Origin: Raja brachyura
Lineage: Eukaryota
Length of the DNA: 64,000 nucleotides
Reading direction: 5' to 3'
NCBI GenBank assembly: GCA_963514005.1
Contig: OY740785.1
Coordinates: forward strand, 20,708,001-20,772,000
Positions within the stretch are counted from its first letter, which is position 1, and the number at the start of each line of letters is the position of its first letter. Made by a program: the position numbers and the translations under genes. A model generated the notes under the pieces. The model was not told where the DNA came from. It did not search any database and worked only from the letters and a program-made list of their open reading frames with translations. Of the stretch, positions 25,144-37,799 are shown one piece after another.

Positions 25144-26439
25144 GCTGGGAAATGGCTCCAAACTTTGGAGGTTGTAGGGAAACTTGATGGAAGTATATAA
25201 AATTGAGAGGCGTAGATAGGGTAGACAGTAGACCTTTATCCCAGGGTGGAAATGTCCAACACTGAAGGGTTAGCTATAAGGAGAGACGAGGAAGGTTTAA
25301 TGGAGATGGGCGGGGTTTTTTTTACACAGTGGTGGGGACCTGGAACACATTGCCAGGGCTGGTGGTGAAGGCAGATACAATAGTGGCTTTTAAGAGGCTT
25401 TTGGTTAGGCAGAGGAAATAGAAGGATATGAATCATGTACAGGCAGATGTTATCACTTTAACTAGGCATCATGTTTGGCGCAGACATTGTGGGTGAAGGG
25501 CCCGTTCCTGTGTGGTACTGTTCTATGACCCTGCAAGTCTGGAGCTCGGTAATGGGATAAGGTAGGGTGGAGGCATTTCAGATGGCCTACACTTCGCCAA
25601 ATGGTCTCCTTGGCTGTTATTCTTTGTGTGCTGATAATCTGAATAACACTTTTGCTGGCATTATCCAGAGAGAGAGCACATTGGCCATAATTTTTTTTTT
25701 TTGATTCTTAGCTCTTGCCAATTGTTAACCAGTTGTAGCTTTTTTAACACTGTTTAATAATTTTACACAGAATGAGTTAAACTTGGTTTGTGTTATCTCT
25801 GCATGGATTACCAAATTGTCTTGGGCACTGGGAAGTAAGTGCAGGATTTTAATTGTCAGTTTCTATTGCATGTGCTTCAGGGACTGATTTGTTCATTGTT
25901 AATTTTGGTTGAGGGGGTGAACAAGTGAGCTATAAATACATTGCCTAATGAGTCATTGTAAGAATTAAAGCTCGTTACAGATACTGTTTTCCTTGTGTCC
26001 TGTGGAAATTTGGCTTCTGTGGTGAAGCCCTCCCCGTAATCCAAATTGTGACCTTCAGCACAAACTATTTTGCTACTAATGGCGACAGTGAATACCAAAC
26101 TAATGTCTCATGACTCTAATGAAAGTTATAAATCAGGTTTAAAATAAATAATATTGGTCATTTTACAAATCATCTTTTAAAATTTTAATTGCAACTCCTG
26201 ATAACTCTTTACCCCCTCATTTTAAATGTTTACTGAACGTATCATCCCTGAGCCCTCATTTTCTTTCTCCCTCTTGAATAAAGCATCTCCAAAAAATATA
26301 TTGACGAGATGTGTGGAGGGCCTGTTTCTTTGCTGTGTGACTCTAACTGTAAACTATTTGTCCTGTTTGCCGTGCTGATCACTGGAAAGAGATTCCTTCT
26401 AAATTGTTCAGGTGTCTGCCTTTGCTCTGGACTTAGTCA

Positions 26440-27580
26440 TTTTTATTTTAGTTTATTGTCACGTACCAAGGAACAGTGAAAAAAATATTTGTTGCTTGCT
26501 ATCCAGTCAGCAGAAAGACTACACATGATTACAATCAAGCCGTACACAGTTTACAGATATGGGATAAAGGAAATAATATTTAGTGCAAGGTAAAGTTCAA
26601 TTAAAGATAGTCCGAGATTCTCCAATGAGGTAAATTGCAGGTCAGGCCCGCTGTCTTGTTGTTGGAATGGTTCTGTTTTCTGATAACAGCTGGGAAGAAA
26701 CTATCCCTGAATCTGGAGGCAAGAGTTTTCACACTTCTGTACCTCTTGCCTGATGAGAAAGGAGAGGAGTGACTGGGGTGAGACTCATCCTTGATCATGC
26801 TGGGGCAGCGTGAAGTGTATATGGAGTCAATGGAAGGGAGGTTGGTTTGTATGATGGTCTGGGCTGCATCCATAATTCTCTGCAATTTCTTGCGGTCTTG
26901 GTTTGAGCTGTTCCCAAACCATGCTGTGATGCATCCCAATGAAATGCTTTCTGTGGCACATCTGTAGAAGTTGGTGAGAGTTGTTGGGAACATGCTGAGC
27001 TTCCTAAGCTGTCTAAGGATGTAGAGTAGAGGGATGTCAGGACTTTCATATGAAGAAAGACTGGATAGACTCGGCTTGTACTCACTAGAATTTAGAAGAT
27101 TGAGGGGGGATCTTATAGAAACTTACAAAATTCTTAAGGGGTTGGACAGGCTAGATGCAGGAAGATGTTCCCGATGTTGGGGAAGTCCAGAATAAGGGGT
27201 CACAGTTTAAGGATAAGGGGGAATTCTTTTGGGACTGAGATGAGAAAAACATTTTTCACACGGAGTGGTGAATCTCTGGAATTCTCTGCCACAGAAGGTA
27301 GTTGAGGCCAGTTCATTGGCTATATTTAAGAGGGAGTTAGATGTGGCCCTTGTGGCTAAGGGGATCAGGGGGTATGGAGAGAAGGCAGGTGTGGGATGCT
27401 GAGTTGGATGATCAGCCATGATCATATTGAATGGCGGTGCAGGCTCGAAGGGCCGAATGGCCTACTCCTGCACCTATTTTCTATGTTTCTAGAGACATTT
27501 GTGTGCTTTCTTGTCCATTGCTTCGACATGGTTGGTCTAAAACAGGTTGCTAGTGATGTTTACTCCTGGGAACCTATTAT
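26440..27580 (-). mobile_element. Rex1/Babar LINE 3' part interrupted by a CR1 insertion
   Basis: LTNFYRCATESI...ITAWFGN...RFRDSFFPAVIR. Confidence 0.85.
27031..27490 (+). mobile_element. Young 5'-truncated CR1 with probable TAGAG TSD
   Basis: Well-preserved CR1 3' end ending CCTATTTTCTATGTTTC; TAGAG on both flanks. Confidence 0.85.
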
Positions 27581-28041
27581 CTACATAATATTGGGTGATT
27601 AGAACTCTGTACAATTGCATGCGATTTAGGACGTGCAATTATGATTCAGCCACTGCGCATTTGGCAGGTTTTTCTAGCTATTCAGTTAATTGTACTCCCT
27701 TATTTGTAAGTTCTGCACATTTCTTCTAAATTAATACGTCTTTTTTTAGAACGCTTTCGCTGAATCTGCTTCCACTACTCGTATTACCTTTGTTTTAGTT
27801 TCTCCTGCGACACAGAAGGAGTCCATTTAGCCCATTGCAGCCTCCCGGCATAGCAGACTAATCTGACCCATTTCCCAGCTCTTGTCTGCAACCCTACAAT
27901 GTACTCCCGCATGCACTCTCGTCTGTTTTAAAATGAGTTCTAAGTTCTAACTGTCTTAGTTCTAAACAGTGACTCCCTAGTTCAACACAAAAGTGCTGGA
28001 GAAACTCAGCGGGTGAGGCAGCATCTAGGGAACGAAGGAAA

Positions 28042-28078
28042 TGGGCAACGTTTCGGGTCGAGACCCTTCTTCAGACTG
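28042..28078 (-). ncRNA. Putative minimal type I hammerhead ribozyme within a Penelope terminal module (27983-28078)
   Basis: Minus strand reads AGU CUGAAGA A GGGU-CUCG-ACCC GAAA CG UU GCC: catalytic boxes intact, stem II perfect, NUH triplet present; stems I and III minimal. Confidence 0.65.
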
Positions 28079-28089
28079 TTCCCCCCATT

Positions 28090-28640
28090 CTTCTTAAATG
28101 GGAGGATCAGTACAGGATGGATGGGAGGAGGAGATCAGCACAGGATGAATGGGGGGGGGGGGGGGGGTCAGTACAGTGGAACGGAGGGTCTGTGCAGGAT
28201 GTATGGGGGATCACTACAGAATGAATGAGACTATTACAGAATGAATGAGGGGAAGGGGGGAAGGTGCAGGGTAAATGGAGGGTGGGTCAGTACGGGATGA
28301 ATGCATGGATTAGTACAGGATGGATGGGGGAATCAGTACAGGATGGATGGAGGAGAAGTGCAGGATGGATGGTAAAGGGTGAATTGGGGAACCAGTGTAG
28401 GAGGGGTGGGGGGGGGGGGGTGAGTGGCGGCAGGAAAATCAATGCGAGGTGGATAGGGTGATCAGCGCATGGATGAATAGATAGGGGGGGAGATGGGGAG
28501 GGGAGCACAGGGGATGTCAGTGAGGACTGAATAGAGGGGATCAGTACGGGATGGTGAGGAGGAGTCCCAGGATAAGGGGGTGGAGGGGGCGTACAAGAGA
28601 ATGAGAGAGAGAAAGAGAGGGAGGGGGGAGGTGTGGAGGA
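28090..28640. repeat. Purine-rich degenerate minisatellite (CAGTACAGGATGGATGG-like) with G runs
   Basis: Repeated CAGTACAGGA/CAGGATGGATGG motifs. Confidence 0.7.
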
Positions 28641-28649
28641 AGGAAGGTC

Positions 28650-29219
28650 AGCGCTCTTCGGACAACATCGCTGCCTTGGACGTTGGGAAATCCTCGCCTC
28701 CCTCCTCCACCAGCCAACAGCAAGCTGCGGCGCCGAGCGGTGCAGCTCAGAGATCCTATAGCTATAAGATCTTTGGTGCAGCTGCTTCAGACGAGTCGGA
28801 GCGAATGACGGGCTTCGCATAGCGGCCGCAGCGACAGCGGCTCTGTCTCCTCCTCCTCCCGGCCTCCCTCCTCCCGGCCTCGTTTGTTTTGGGTTTGTTT
28901 TGAAAGCGGGGTGCGGGAGGAGATGGAGCCGCTGTCGCGGCCGCTGCTGCCGGTGTGCAGGGCCCGTCATTCTCTCCGACCCTTCCTCACCCCGCATCTA
29001 GTATCTTTGTTCCGCACAGCCATTGCCGACACGAAACGTCGTGTTCCGTTTCTCCAGGGATGCTGTCTGACCCGCGGAGTTACTCCAGTTTTTTGTGTCT
29101 ATCTTCGGTACAAACCAGTATCTGGTTGCCAAGCCGGGCAAAATGACTCGGTGTTTAGGTTGCCCGGCGGCACTTTGAGTGGTCATTGTCACCCGGGCAA
29201 CCACTAATTTCGAGCCCTG
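28650..29219 (-). mobile_element. Second copy of the CAGGGCTC-end transposon left arm
   Basis: Ends AATTTCGAGCCCTG at 29219; reverse complement is colinear with 8374-8950. Confidence 0.8.
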
Positions 29220-30799
29220 CAATTAATAATGTGGTTCGTGGGCAATTAGGGATGTACAGTTTATGCTAACCTGCTTGGTGATGTGGATATCTTGTGAATG
29301 ACGAATGTTTCCTTTGTGAAAGAAATCACCTATCTCTTCATGGAAATGGGTGATTTAACTGGAACTGTTAATCATGTTGGCATCTGTGCTCTCGAGCCTG
29401 CTCCTTTCTCCCTTGTCAACATAAACTCAATGCATCTGCCTATTTATTTATTTTCCCTAAAATTAATCCATATGATTAATTTGTAACCACATTATTACAA
29501 CTCTGTAATAAAGTGTCTTCCAAATTTATTGTTGGATTTCATGGTGACCAACTTAAAATGATGGGCTGTAGCTTTGCTCTCCAAGTGCAAAACATTCTGT
29601 GCCGACTGGCAATTTTAATGAACTCCATCAGGCCATTTCCCCCCCCCCCCCCCCCCCCCACCCACCCCATAAGAATGGGGTAGGGAGGGAATATATTGCC
29701 TTATTTAATAAGAACTTTGCTAGGACGCAGCAAGCACTTAGGATTCTAATAGCATTCGTTTGGGATTCTTAGGAATAAAATATGTATTCATTTGGAAAGA
29801 ATTAGGACGTGATTAGGAATAGTGGGCATGGTATGTGCACGGGAGATTATGACTCAGGAATTTGAGTTTTTTGACGTTGATGACGTAGGGCTGTAAACAT
29901 AGTCCCTCTCCATGGACATCAGCAAAACCATTGATAGGTTCCACATGGTAGGCTGCTCTGAAATCCCGCATTGGGATTTGGGGAGAACCAGCTAACTGAA
30001 TACAGAATTAGTTTAATGGTAAGAAGCAGAGGCCTCTGACAAATGATGGAATCAATGCTGGGCCCATTATTATTTTGGAACATTTGGGATACATTTTGGA
30101 ACTGTTTGGGTTACAAGTCACTGTCACTGGTCTCACAGTTTTCCCATGTTTTATTTGATCTACCACGCATTCGGCTTGGCATTATCTCTCAAAATCTTTG
30201 AGGGAGACATTATTTTCACTGATTCAGGAATGATGGGTGCAGGGTATGGTTCTATAATTGTAGCCATTTTTATAAGGAGCCACTTCAGGTAGCATTTTAT
30301 GGCCAAAATACAGTGAAGGTTTAGAAATACCTACCCGGCATGTCATTTGCTGTGTGGTCAGTTATTACATCCATGAAACAATGTTACGAGTTAAGTTAAC
30401 TGGAAGTAAAAGGGTGTATGGGACAAAGGTAACAATGATATTAGACATATAATATGTTGAGGCAGTCATCGTCAGGAGTAAATTGTAGCCTATGATTCCT
30501 GTGGAAGTCAAGTTTTTTAGAAACACTTGACAAAAATGAATGTGTCCATTTGGTAAGAAGTAGAAAGTGATCCATAATCTGATCTGTGGGATGAAGATGG
30601 TTTGATTGGCCTAATCTTGCTATTTCCTTGTGTTCTTCATGGTGAGCCACCTTCTTAAAAACTGAAGCACTGTTAGATAGGAAGTTCCAAGATCATTACT
30701 TGGAAAGCAATGAAATGGACCAGAAAAAAAAAATATTGTTTTATTAATTTATTCATGGGTTGTGGACATGGCTAGAAATTCCTGTATTGCTATTGGTTC

Positions 30800-31675
30800 A
30801 TTCAAGTCAACTTAATTTGTCACATACACATACAAGATGTGCAGTGAAATGAAGGTGGCAATGCCTGCGGATTGTGCAAAAACTACAGAACAGAATAGAA
30901 CAGAATCAGTATTTACATGTTGGAAAATATATTTATTTTAAAACACAACACAACAGTAAATTAGTACAGTAACTTAGTCCCTGGTGAGATAAGAGTTTAC
31001 AGTCCTGATGGCCGGTGGGAAGAAACTCCGTCTCATCCTCTCTGTTTTCACAGCATGACAGCAGAGGCGTTTGCCTGACCGTAGCAGCTGGAACAGTCCG
31101 TTGCTGGGGTGGTAGGGGTCCCCCATAATGTTGCTGGCTCTGGATCTGCTCCTCCTGGTGTATAGGTCCTGCAAGGGGGGGGGGGCGAGTGTAGTTCCCA
31201 TAGTGCGTTCGGCCGAACACACTACTCTCTGCAGAGCCTTCCTGTCCTGGGCAGAGCTGTTCCCAAACCAGATTGTGATGTTGCCGGACAAGATGCTTTC
31301 TACAGCCCCAGAGTAGAAGCACGGAAGGATCCTCGGAGAGATTCTGAATTTCCTCAGCTGTCTGACATAGTAAAGGCACTGCCTTGCCTTACTCACCAGT
31401 GCGGCAGCGTGTGTTGTCCATGTCAGATCCTCTGTGATGTGGACTCCCAAGTAATTAAAGCTGCTCACCCTACCCACAGTAGTCCCATTTATCTCCAGTG
31501 ACGTGTACGTGCTCGATTGTTGCGCCCTTCTAATATCCACAATCAGCTCCTCAGTTTTTGTGACATTCAAGAGGAGGCTGTTATCCTGACAGCTGAGTGC
31601 CAGATCAGCCACCTCCTCCCGGTAGGCCTTCTCATTGTTATTGGAGATCAGGCCCTCCGCCACAGTGTCATCAGC
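30800..31675 (-). mobile_element. Rex1/Babar LINE 3' part (RT C-terminus)
   Basis: ORF 30974-31786: ADDTV, LNVTKTEELIVD, YLGVHITEDLTW, SFFPPAIR. Confidence 0.9.
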
Positions 31676-31859
31676 GTTATTGTTGTCACGTGTACCAGCA
31701 TACAGTGAAAAACTTTTGTTTTGTGTCCTATCCAGACAAATCATCCCACATACGAGGACAATCAAACCATAAAACAGGTTGAGCAAAGACAGAGAGTGCA
31801 GAATATTGTATTACAGCTACAGATCAAATTAAGATTTTTTTTAAAGTACCAGGGCTGCA

Positions 31860-32350
31860 CTAAGTTCCATTGTTCGCTGTTCATCTTTAATTCTGAACCA
31901 GATATAGTTGAGAATTGAAAACGTATGTGGGTCTGAAGTTGCAAATGGATTAGACTGAGTAAGTACAGCAGATGTTCTCTCCTGATGGCCATTAGTGAAC
32001 AAGAAAGCTTTTACCACAGCCTGCTAGTTTCCTGACACCATGACTCACCAGTATTTAAATCCAGATTTGCTTAAGGATTTGCGTTTAAGTTTCACACATG
32101 CTGGCCTTGAGATCATTGATCTAAATATCTGATTACCAGTTGAGTAAATCCATACCATGATGTCAGTAAAATGTAGGAGTATGGTGGTGATGCAGTGGTT
32201 AAGTTATTGTACCTGTAATCCAGAAACAAGGTCTAACATATAGGGACATATGGAGTCCAAATATTATTGTGGCAACTGTGAAATTTAACTTGTTAATAAT
32301 CTGGAATGTGGAAGAAGTGGTAATGTGTTAATAAGACACCAGGACTGAAA
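31860..32350. mobile_element. Head-to-head pair of old tRNA-headed SINEs (same family as 47990-48390)
   Basis: GGTGGTGATGCAGTGGTTA...TAATCCAGA head on +; a related reverse-complement copy lies just upstream. Confidence 0.45.
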
Positions 32351-32714
32351 AGCAGTGAGCACAAATTATGGGTGGCCCTGGCATTGTCAGCATTTGTTGC
32401 ATATCTTTAATTGCCCTCAAGAAGATGTTGACGAATGGCTGCAGTCTACCTGGTCAAAGCACTTTACACAGTCATATTGAATAGAGTTCCAGGAACAATG
32501 AAGGAGTGGCAATGCATTTCCAAGTTGGGGTATGTGACTTGGATGGAAGTCAGTAGTCAGTGATGTTCTGTGCACCAGATGTCCTTGTCTTGTTGCTATA
32601 TGTCACGGGTTTTGGAGATGCTAGTATATTAGCCTGGGCAAGTAACTGCAGAGCATTTTGTAGTTTCTAGACATTGCAACCACTGTTTGCTGATGATTGA
32701 AGGAATTAATATTC

Positions 32715-34765
32715 AAAAAGTCAAGAGTTTATTGTCATGTGTCCCTGACAGGAAAATGAAAACTTTCTTTGCATAGCACAACAGAACATAGAAGGCATTG
32801 ACTACAATTCTATACATAAATACACCCATGACTTAATAAATTAATAAAGTGCAAATAACAGATGGAGGGATATTAATGTTCAGAGTTCCGAGCCAGGTTT
32901 AATAGCCTGATGGCTGTGGGGAAGTAGCTATTCCTAAACCGGGTTGTTGCAGTCTTCAGGCTCCTGTACCTTCTACCCGAAGGTAGCTGGGAGATGAGTG
33001 TGTGGCTAGGGTGGTGTGGGTCCTTGATGATGCTGCCAGCCTTTTTGAGGCAGCGACTGTGATAAATCCCCTCGATGGAAGGAAGGTCAGAGCCGATGAT
33101 GGACTGGGCAGTGTTTACTACTTTTTGGAGTCTTTTCCTCTCCAGGGCGCTCAAGTTGCCGAACCAAGCCACGATGCAACCAGTCAGCAAGCTCTCTACT
33201 GTACACCTGTAGAAGTTAGAGTCCTCCTTGACAGACCAACTCTCCGTAATCTTCTCAGGAAGTATGAGAAGATTATAGCACTATGACCGGCTATTCAGTC
33301 ATGAGTATAGAGTGAGTACAGCAGGGGGCTGAGCACGCAGCCCTGAGGTGCTCCCGTGCTGATTGTTATCGAGTCTGACACATTTCCACCAATACGAACA
33401 GACTGTGGTCTGTGGATGAGGAAGTCGAGGATCCAATTGTAGAGGGATGCGCAAAGACCCAGTTCTGCGAGTTTGGTAACCAGCTTGGAGGGGATGATTG
33501 TGTTAAATGCCGAGCTGTTGTCAATAAATAGCAGCCTGACATATGAGTTTTTGTTGTCCAAGTGTTCCAGAGCTGAGTGGAGGGCCAGCGAGATCGCGTC
33601 CACCGTTGATCTGTTGTGGCGGTAAGCGAACTGCAGTGGGTCCAGGTTTTTGTCGAGGTAGGAGTTGATTTGCGCCATGATCAACCTCTCGAAGCACTTC
33701 ATCACCACATGCGTTAGTGCCACAGGTCGATAGTCATTGAGGCACGTCACCTTGCTCGTCTTGGGCACCGGTATTATTGATGCCCTTTTGAAGCAGGTGG
33801 GAACCTCAGACCTCAGAAGTGACAGGTTGAAAATGTCCGCAAAAACTCCAGCCGGTTGGTCCGCACAGGTTTTTAGGCCACGACCAGGTATGCCATCAGG
33901 TCCAGACGCTTTTCGAGGGTTCACCCCTCTGAAGGATTTCCTGACGTCGGCCTCTGTGACTGAGACTGAAATACCATCACAGCGAATAGGGGCTCGGGAA
34001 GGCACATCGGTGTTCTCCCTATCAAAGCGTGCGTAAAATGCATTGAGCTCATCAGGGAGTGATGTATCGCCGACATCCGAGCTGCCTCCTGGTTTCGCCT
34101 TGTAAGAGGTGATTGCATTCAGTCCCCGCCACAGCTGCCGAACATCTGTCTCATCCTCCAGCTTGGAGTAGAACTCCCTTTTGGCCTTTTTGATGGCCTT
34201 ACCAAGGTCGTATCTGGACTTCTTGTAGACCACTGTGTCATCAGACATGAATGCCCGGTGTCTGGTCTTCAGAAGAGTGCGGATCTCACAGTTCATCCAA
34301 GGTTTCTGATTGGGAAACACTCGGAAGGTTTTTGTAGGGATGCAGTCCTCCACACATTTCTTTATGAAGTCTGTAACGACTGTGGCGTATTCATTCAAGT
34401 CCGTTGCCGAGTCCTTGAACATAGCCCAGTCTACAGACTCCAAACAGTCTTGTAGTTGTTCTTCTGCCCCCGCCGACCAGCTCTGTACTGTCCTCACCTC
34501 TGGGGGTGCGCTCTTTAATTGCTGCCTGTAGGCAGAAAGAAGCAGCACCGCGGTATGGTCGGATTTACCGAAGTGGGGGCGAGGGATAGAGCGGTAGGCA
34601 TCCTTAATGGTGGTGTAGCAGTGGTCGAGGATGTTTGGTCCTCTAGTGCAGCAGGAGACATGTTGGTGGAAGTTGGAGTGATTTCTTTAGGTTTGCCTTA
34701 TTGAAGTCCCCAGCAATGGTGGTAAATGCCTCGGGGTAAGACGTCTGGTGTTTGTTGACCACCAA
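32715..34765 (-). mobile_element. Young Rex1/Babar LINE, 5'-truncated, internally deleted, nested in an old CR1-like LINE
   Basis: APE end (GDFNKANL, LDHCYT, SDH), RT ORF, 3' tail ending AATAAACTCTTGACT; old LINE sequence flanks both sides (32365-32712, 34800-35200). Confidence 0.92.
33295..34548 (-). pseudogene. Rex1/Babar reverse transcriptase ORF fragment (417 aa), lacking the FADD motif
   Basis: KASGPDGI, NDYRPVALT, LDPLQFAYR, SAFNTI, GAPQGCVLSPLLYSLYTHD then a stop and a deletion. Confidence 0.9.
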
Positions 34766-36881
34766 GTGCCACTATTTAAAGTGCCACCAAGGCTACTATT
34801 TAAACTGGATACTTTGGCCTGGAAGGTGCTGAGTTGCTTGAGTGTTATTGAGGCTGCATTCATTCAAGCAAGTGGAGACTATTATATCGCGATCCTGACT
34901 CGTGGCATGGTGGAAAGGTTTGGCGTGTAAGGCAGAAATACGCTTGCTACAAGATAGACAGCAGTGACCTGCTCTTGTGGGCTGGTCCAGTCGTGTTTCT
35001 GGTCATTAGTGATCCTCAGGATGTTGAGTGTGGGAATTTGACAATGGTATTAGACTTGGAGATGGGCATTGCCTGAGAGCTTCAGTGGTGCAAATGCTAT
35101 TTGCCATTTATCTGCCCATACCTAAATGTTGTCTAGGCTCTGTGTATTAAGGCATAAACCGCATCCTTTGTTAGATTGCGAATGGAAATAAATGTAGCGC
35201 AGTTTCATATTCTTTTAACAAATTAAGCCTATCTGTTCATCAAGTGTATGCCCATTTCTCCACTTCCAAACATAAGTGGGTATCCACCCTTCTTGCCTTC
35301 GGTTGCAAGGAAATGATGAATTAATGGAAGATGGTTAGGCCAGGAAATATGAGGAACTCCTTCTGCGATGATCGGGGCTCCCACAGCCACAAGCAATTTC
35401 CCTTGTGCAGTCATTGGAGTGTTTCCACTTTACGTCACATTCTGTTAAATCTTGCCTTGATGTCAAGAACAATAGCAGCAGGTGGCCACTAGACCCTTCA
35501 AGCCTGCCTCATCATTTAATATGACCATGGCTGATCTGTGCTGGCCTCAACTTAAAAGTGCCTAATTCCTCAATGTTTCAAATATTTATCTATCTCCATC
35601 GGAAGTATTTATAATGATTGGGCATCTGTAATGCTCTTGGCAGAGAATTCCAGAGATTCACTACACTCTAGGGCTTGTAGATGTTTGGGCCATTGCTGTG
35701 ATGAAGTCTCCCCAATGTATTAGGTTAATACTGAGTTTTGAACTGATTAACTGTAGGCAAACTTGGGAAAGACTGTATAAATCAAATGGTAGAAGTTGCA
35801 AATGAATGCAAGAACAAGACTTGACTGGATATGTACAAATATACTCTTTGTGACTTGCGTAATTGGCGATGTGCGCAGACTCGCACTTACATGAGCTATT
35901 CTTTAAGCCTACTGCTTTATTTCCAAGTTGCGTGTGTCAATAGTCTCAGCTGTACGCTACTGCCGTCGCATGTGGCCATTTCGGCAAGTCGGTCAGCTGT
36001 TCTCATGGATGCTCCCACTTGGTCTCCGTGTCGGAACTCCCACGTGGTGTCCGAGTCTACTGTAGGTTTTTGGCTTGTCAATGATGTCTGGCTGAACTTG
36101 CCAAACTCATTATTAAACGGTCTGTGGCAGTACAAATTCACGTTTGAAACTTTGCACTTAATTTGGAAATTTAGACTTGCACAGCTCTCAGACAGTTGAC
36201 TGCAGCTATACCTGTCACTTGTGGTGACAGAGTTCTCTGGCAATGTTGGAAGCTTTTTATCGCCAAACTGATCTTTTTTATGTCGGTTTGCACATCAGGT
36301 TTTGCAGACTCAACAGCAATGATTAGTCCAAACACATAACTGTTGTGAAAAACATGGTCCGAAAAGGTCCATAAACTGCACCTAAAGCTTAATTTTTTGA
36401 TTTATACAAGAGTAAATTGTTTTTCTTAAATAAAATAATGTGCCCTGTAATTGTCTCAGCCTGCTTCTACTTTCTTGTTGCAAACATAGTTTTCAGATAT
36501 TTGTTGATTGCATATCCCATGGAAAATACCTGAGATAATGGCAAATTACCCATCACTTGTTGTACTGGAACAACTTGGCTGGTAATTCTAGAGTACTGTA
36601 GCTGGGATGTTGTCTGGTTGTCTTTGCTATATGTAGTAGTCTTTGCTATGTGTACTGCATTCAGTTGTTGGCTTTACAGCTGAATACATTATTTTTAGCT
36701 GAAGGCAGGCTTTGTGATCAGAGCCTCAGTAGGAGGCCACTTGGCTCATCTGACTGAAAATCTTTGCAAAACACATGAAGTGGCATGATAGAGGTATATA
36801 AGATTATTAAAGCCATAGAAAGCCAGTGCCAGTTTCAAATAGGAGGGATGTCTAGAGCTAGTGGGCATAGGTTTCAGGTGA

Positions 36882-37307
36882 GAAGGGGGGGAGGTCTTAT
36901 GGGAATCGGAGAGGTATATTGAACAGTACAGCACAAGAATGAGCCCCAATGTCTCTGCTGACTGCAATGCCAACTTAAAATGCACACCCGCCTTCATGTG
37001 GCCTATATATGTCAATTCCCCCGGAAGGGGGGGAGGTCTTATGGGAATCGGAGAGGTATATTGAACAGTACAGCACAAGAATGAGCCCCAATGTCTCTGC
37101 TGACTGCAATGCCAACTTAAAATGCACACCCGCCTTCATGTGGCCTATATATGTCAATTCCCCCGGAAGGGGGGGAGGTCTTATGGGAATCGGAGAGGTA
37201 TATTGAACAGTACAGCACAAGAATGAGCCCCAATGTCTCTGCTGACTGCAATGCCAACTTAAAATGCACACCCGCCTTCATGTGGCCTATATATGTCAAT
37301 TCCCCCG
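36882..37307. repeat. Exact tandem triplication, 142-bp unit
   Basis: Units start at 36882, 37024 and 37166 and appear identical. Confidence 0.95.
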
Positions 37308-37645
37308 ATGCCTCCATCCAGGGATCCCAGCAGAACTTCCAGGTAAGGCAGAGGTTCATGTCCACCTCCTCTAACCTGCATCTAGTGTTCCTGATGTGGT
37401 CTCCTGTACATCATTGAAAGCAAGCGTAGATTCGTCCACCTTTTTGCCAAACACTTGCGCTCAGTCCACCAAGGTCTACAGGATCTATTGGCCGCCAATC
37501 ATTTTAATTCCCCTTCCCATACTGACCTTTCTGTCCTGGTTCTCCTCCATTGCCAGAGTAAGGCCACATGCAAACTGAAGGAACAGTTCCTCATGTGGAT
37601 TATTTACAACTCAACAATATGTACATTGATTTCTCCAATTTTAAT
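37308..37645 (+). mobile_element. Degraded Penelope GIY-YIG fragment
   Basis: IQGSQQNFQVRQRFMSTSSNL, ANHFNSPSH, KLKEQFL resemble ORF 22949-23638. Confidence 0.75.
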
Positions 37646-37799
37646 TTAATTCCAACTCTCCCTTGTCCCACCTGGACTTGCACCTGTATCCCTTCCCCCC
37701 CCCCCCAACCTCCATCTACATTTCTTACTGTGGCTTTCCCGCTGTCGTGCTCCTGCCTATCCTGGCTACTGAATTTGTTTTTATTGACTTCTTGGTTAA

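Larger units (their letters stand above)
20385..25530 (+). mobile_element. CR1 LINE 3' half split by nested insertions (20385-20834, 24415-24537, 25170-25530)
   Basis: KFADNTK, RDLGVRVH, LVRPHLESCMQF; reading continues as CATTATAGGAAGGATGTGGAGGCTTTGGAGAGGGTGCAG after 24414. Confidence 0.85.

Noticed and set aside
28287-28997. 236-aa proline-rich ORF
   Set aside because: Arises from low-complexity, GC-rich repeat sequence; no domain recognised
35831-36243. Overlapping 122-aa and 108-aa ORFs in unique DNA
   Set aside because: No recognisable motifs or splice context; lengths within chance expectation
36882-37307. CRISPR-like array
   Set aside because: Whole units are identical with no unique spacers; eukaryotic context and no cas genes
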